A DNA stretch of 38,846 nt from Cyanobacteriota bacterium (lineage in GTDB: Bacteria > Cyanobacteriota > Cyanobacteriia > Cyanobacteriales > Xenococcaceae): contig JBDKJC010000001.1 in assembly GCA_039796815.1 (NCBI GenBank), positions 1 to 38,846 of the forward strand. Reading direction: 5' to 3'. Shown here piece by piece: positions 37,244 to 38,846 of the stretch. The notes below the pieces were generated by a model. It saw only the letters and a list, made by a program, of their open reading frames with translations, made no database searches and was not told where the DNA came from. Position numbers and translations under genes: made by a program. Positions within the stretch are counted from its first letter, which is position 1. Each line of letters starts with the position of its first letter.

Positions 37244-38846
37244 TACAGCCAATAATGATCTTGGTTTACAGGTACAGCCAGAGAAAAGTTTATCTCTGAT
37301 TGGTGGGGATATTACGTTAGATAGGGGATTAATCACAGCACCAGGAGCAAAAGTTGAATTAGGAGGATTATCTGAGACTGGGAGCGTAAAAATTCTAGAA
37401 AATGGTAGCTTGAGCTTTCCTGATGGCGTAGCAAGGAGTGATGTATTTCTGAGCAATGGTGCGTCTGTAAATGTGAGTGGTAATGAAGGAGGTTCTATTT
37501 TTATTAATGCTAATAATTTAGAACTTTTAGATGCAAGTAGCCTAGTGGGGGGAATTGCTTCTGGATTAGGAACATTCAATGCTCAAGCAGGAGACATAAT
37601 TCTTGATACTACAGGAGATATTGATCTAACAGAAGCAAGTAAAGTTCAGAATATAGTTGAAGAAAATGCGATCGGTGATGCTGGAAAGGTCAATATTCAA
37701 ACAAATTTTTTAACTTTAGACTATGGAAGTGCGATTGGTGCTAGAACTCTTGGCAATGGTAATGGTGGTGATGTAACGATTAATGCTAGTGATTCTATAT
37801 CTAATAGTGGTGGTGTAATTTCTAGCAGTATAATTGAAAACGCTGTAGGTAATGCTGGCGACATCAGTATTACCACTCAGAATTTAAATCTTACCAATGG
37901 CGGAGAAATAGTTGCTAACACTTTTGGTCAAGGAGATGCTGGCAACATAACAATTAATGCCACTGGTAATATCTCTGCGGATGGAGAAGATTCAAGTGGG
38001 TTGGTTAGTGGTGTTTTTAGTCAAGTAACACCAACAGCACAAGGAAATTCTGGTGAAATTAATATTACTACTGGCAATTTAACTTTGACTAATCAAGGAT
38101 TAATAAATACTGTCACTTTTGGTCGGGGAAATGCAGGGAAGATTATCGTTAATGCCAATGATACTATTTCTATTGATGGTGATAACTTCCAAAAACCTGA
38201 CACTCAGACAGGTATTGGCAGTGAAGTTCAAGATACGGGAATAGGTAATGGTGGTGAAATTAACATTGATGCTGGCAAGTTAATTTTGACTAATGGAGGA
38301 GAAATAACCTCTAGCACTTTTGGTCAAGGAGATGCAGGTAAGATTACTATTAATGTTAGTGATACTATCTTGGCTGATGGGGAAGATTCTGATGGATTTA
38401 ATAGTGGTGTTTTTAGTCAAGTAACACCAACAGCCAAAGGAAACTCTGGTGACATCAAGATTACTACTGGCAATTTAACCTTGACCGATCAAGGAGTAAT
38501 AGATACTGCCACTTTTAGTCGGGGGAATGCAGGTAAGATTATCATTGATGCTAATGATACTATTTCTATTGATGGTAATAACTTTCAAGAATTTGGCACT
38601 CAGACTGGTATTGGTAGTCAAGTTCAAAATACGGGAATAGGTAATGGTGGTGAAATTAACATTAATGCTGGCAAGTTAATTTTGACTAATGGAGGAGAAA
38701 TAACCTCTAGTACTTTCGGTGAGGGAGATTCGGGAAATCTTTCCATTACCGCCGATAATTCAATTTCTCTCGATGCTAGTTCAAATATTGTCAATAGTGT
38801 CGACGATATTAATGCAGTTGGTGATGGTGGCAAAATTGAGATTACG
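36681..38846 (+). CDS. Filamentous haemagglutinin-family exoprotein (TpsA-2), runs off the window end
   Basis: ATG at 36681, 'MKSNPGDLAWYFIFFNSLAAIGILVFSGNQALAQVTPDNTLG', TPS domain and G/N-rich repeats. Absent from the ORF track because there is no stop in the window. Confidence 0.92.
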   Translation, partial: MKSNPGDLAWYFIFFNSLAAIGILVFSGNQALAQVTPDNTLGDENSVVNTRDATSDSIEGGAIREQNLFHSFSEFNVDAVRGVYFANPDDVNNIFSRVTGNNVSNILGTLGVDGAANLFLINPNGIIFGEGASLDVQGSFAATTADGIEFGEQGFFSASDPQAPKLLTINPSAYLFNQVAPGAIVSNYTANNDLGLQVQPEKSLSLIGGDITLDRGLITAPGAKVELGGLSETGSVKILENGSLSFPDGVARSDVFLSNGASVNVSGNEGGSIFINANNLELLDASSLVGGIASGLGTFNAQAGDIILDTTGDIDLTEASKVQNIVEENAIGDAGKVNIQTNFLTLDYGSAIGARTLGNGNGGDVTINASDSISNSGGVISSSIIENAVGNAGDISITTQNLNLTNGGEIVANTFGQGDAGNITINATGNISADGEDSSGLVSGVFSQVTPTAQGNSGEINITTGNLTLTNQGLINTVTFGRGNAGKIIVNANDTISIDGDNFQKPDTQTGIGSEVQDTGIGNGGEINIDAGKLILTNGGEITSSTFGQGDAGKITINVSDTILADGEDSDGFNSGVFSQVTPTAKGNSGDIKITTGNLTLTDQGVIDTATFSRGNAGKIIIDANDTISIDGNNFQEFGTQTGIGSQVQNTGIGNGGEININAGKLILTNGGEITSSTFGEGDSGNLSITADNSISLDASSNIVNSVDDINAVGDGGKIEIT

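Noticed and set aside
1-38846. Abundant GCGATCGC octamers as a novel repeat
   Set aside because: This is the well-known cyanobacterial HIP1; useful only as a host signature.

Overview
Cyanobacterial DNA (AT-rich, roughly 30 HIP1 octamers GCGATCGC) that looks like most of a mobilizable plasmid. The central backbone (about 9.9-24.5 kb) encodes a CyRepA1-type primase/helicase Rep, a tyrosine recombinase, a MOBF relaxase-helicase with a divergent small accessory gene, a UPF0175/DUF3368 TA-like pair, ParA/ParB and a superfamily I helicase. It is bordered on each side by a truncated fragment of a giant surface-protein gene and a decayed transposon: a resolvase/DDE/ExeA element at 5.75-7.94 kb and a Tn3-family element at 25.9-27.7 kb. 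The outer parts of the window hold what appears to be one accessory envelope-signalling module split across the window ends. It comprises a TpsB (ShlB/FhaC) transporter, a CHASE2 histidine kinase, a LuxR-type response regulator, a His-less pseudo-kinase, a secreted WxxY-heptad repeat protein, an exported TPR-CHAT protease, two filamentous-haemagglutinin-like TpsA proteins with near-identical promoters and TPS domains, and DUF928. Several non-coding signals were also read directly from the sequence: a shared TGWC triple-repeat promoter motif, tiny palindromic insertions in genes, a palindrome inside parB, a recombination-site-like sequence inside the recombinase gene, a structured rep leader, a MITE and transposon ends. 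No CRISPR array, rRNA or tRNA was seen. All family assignments come from motif recognition by eye, not database searches.
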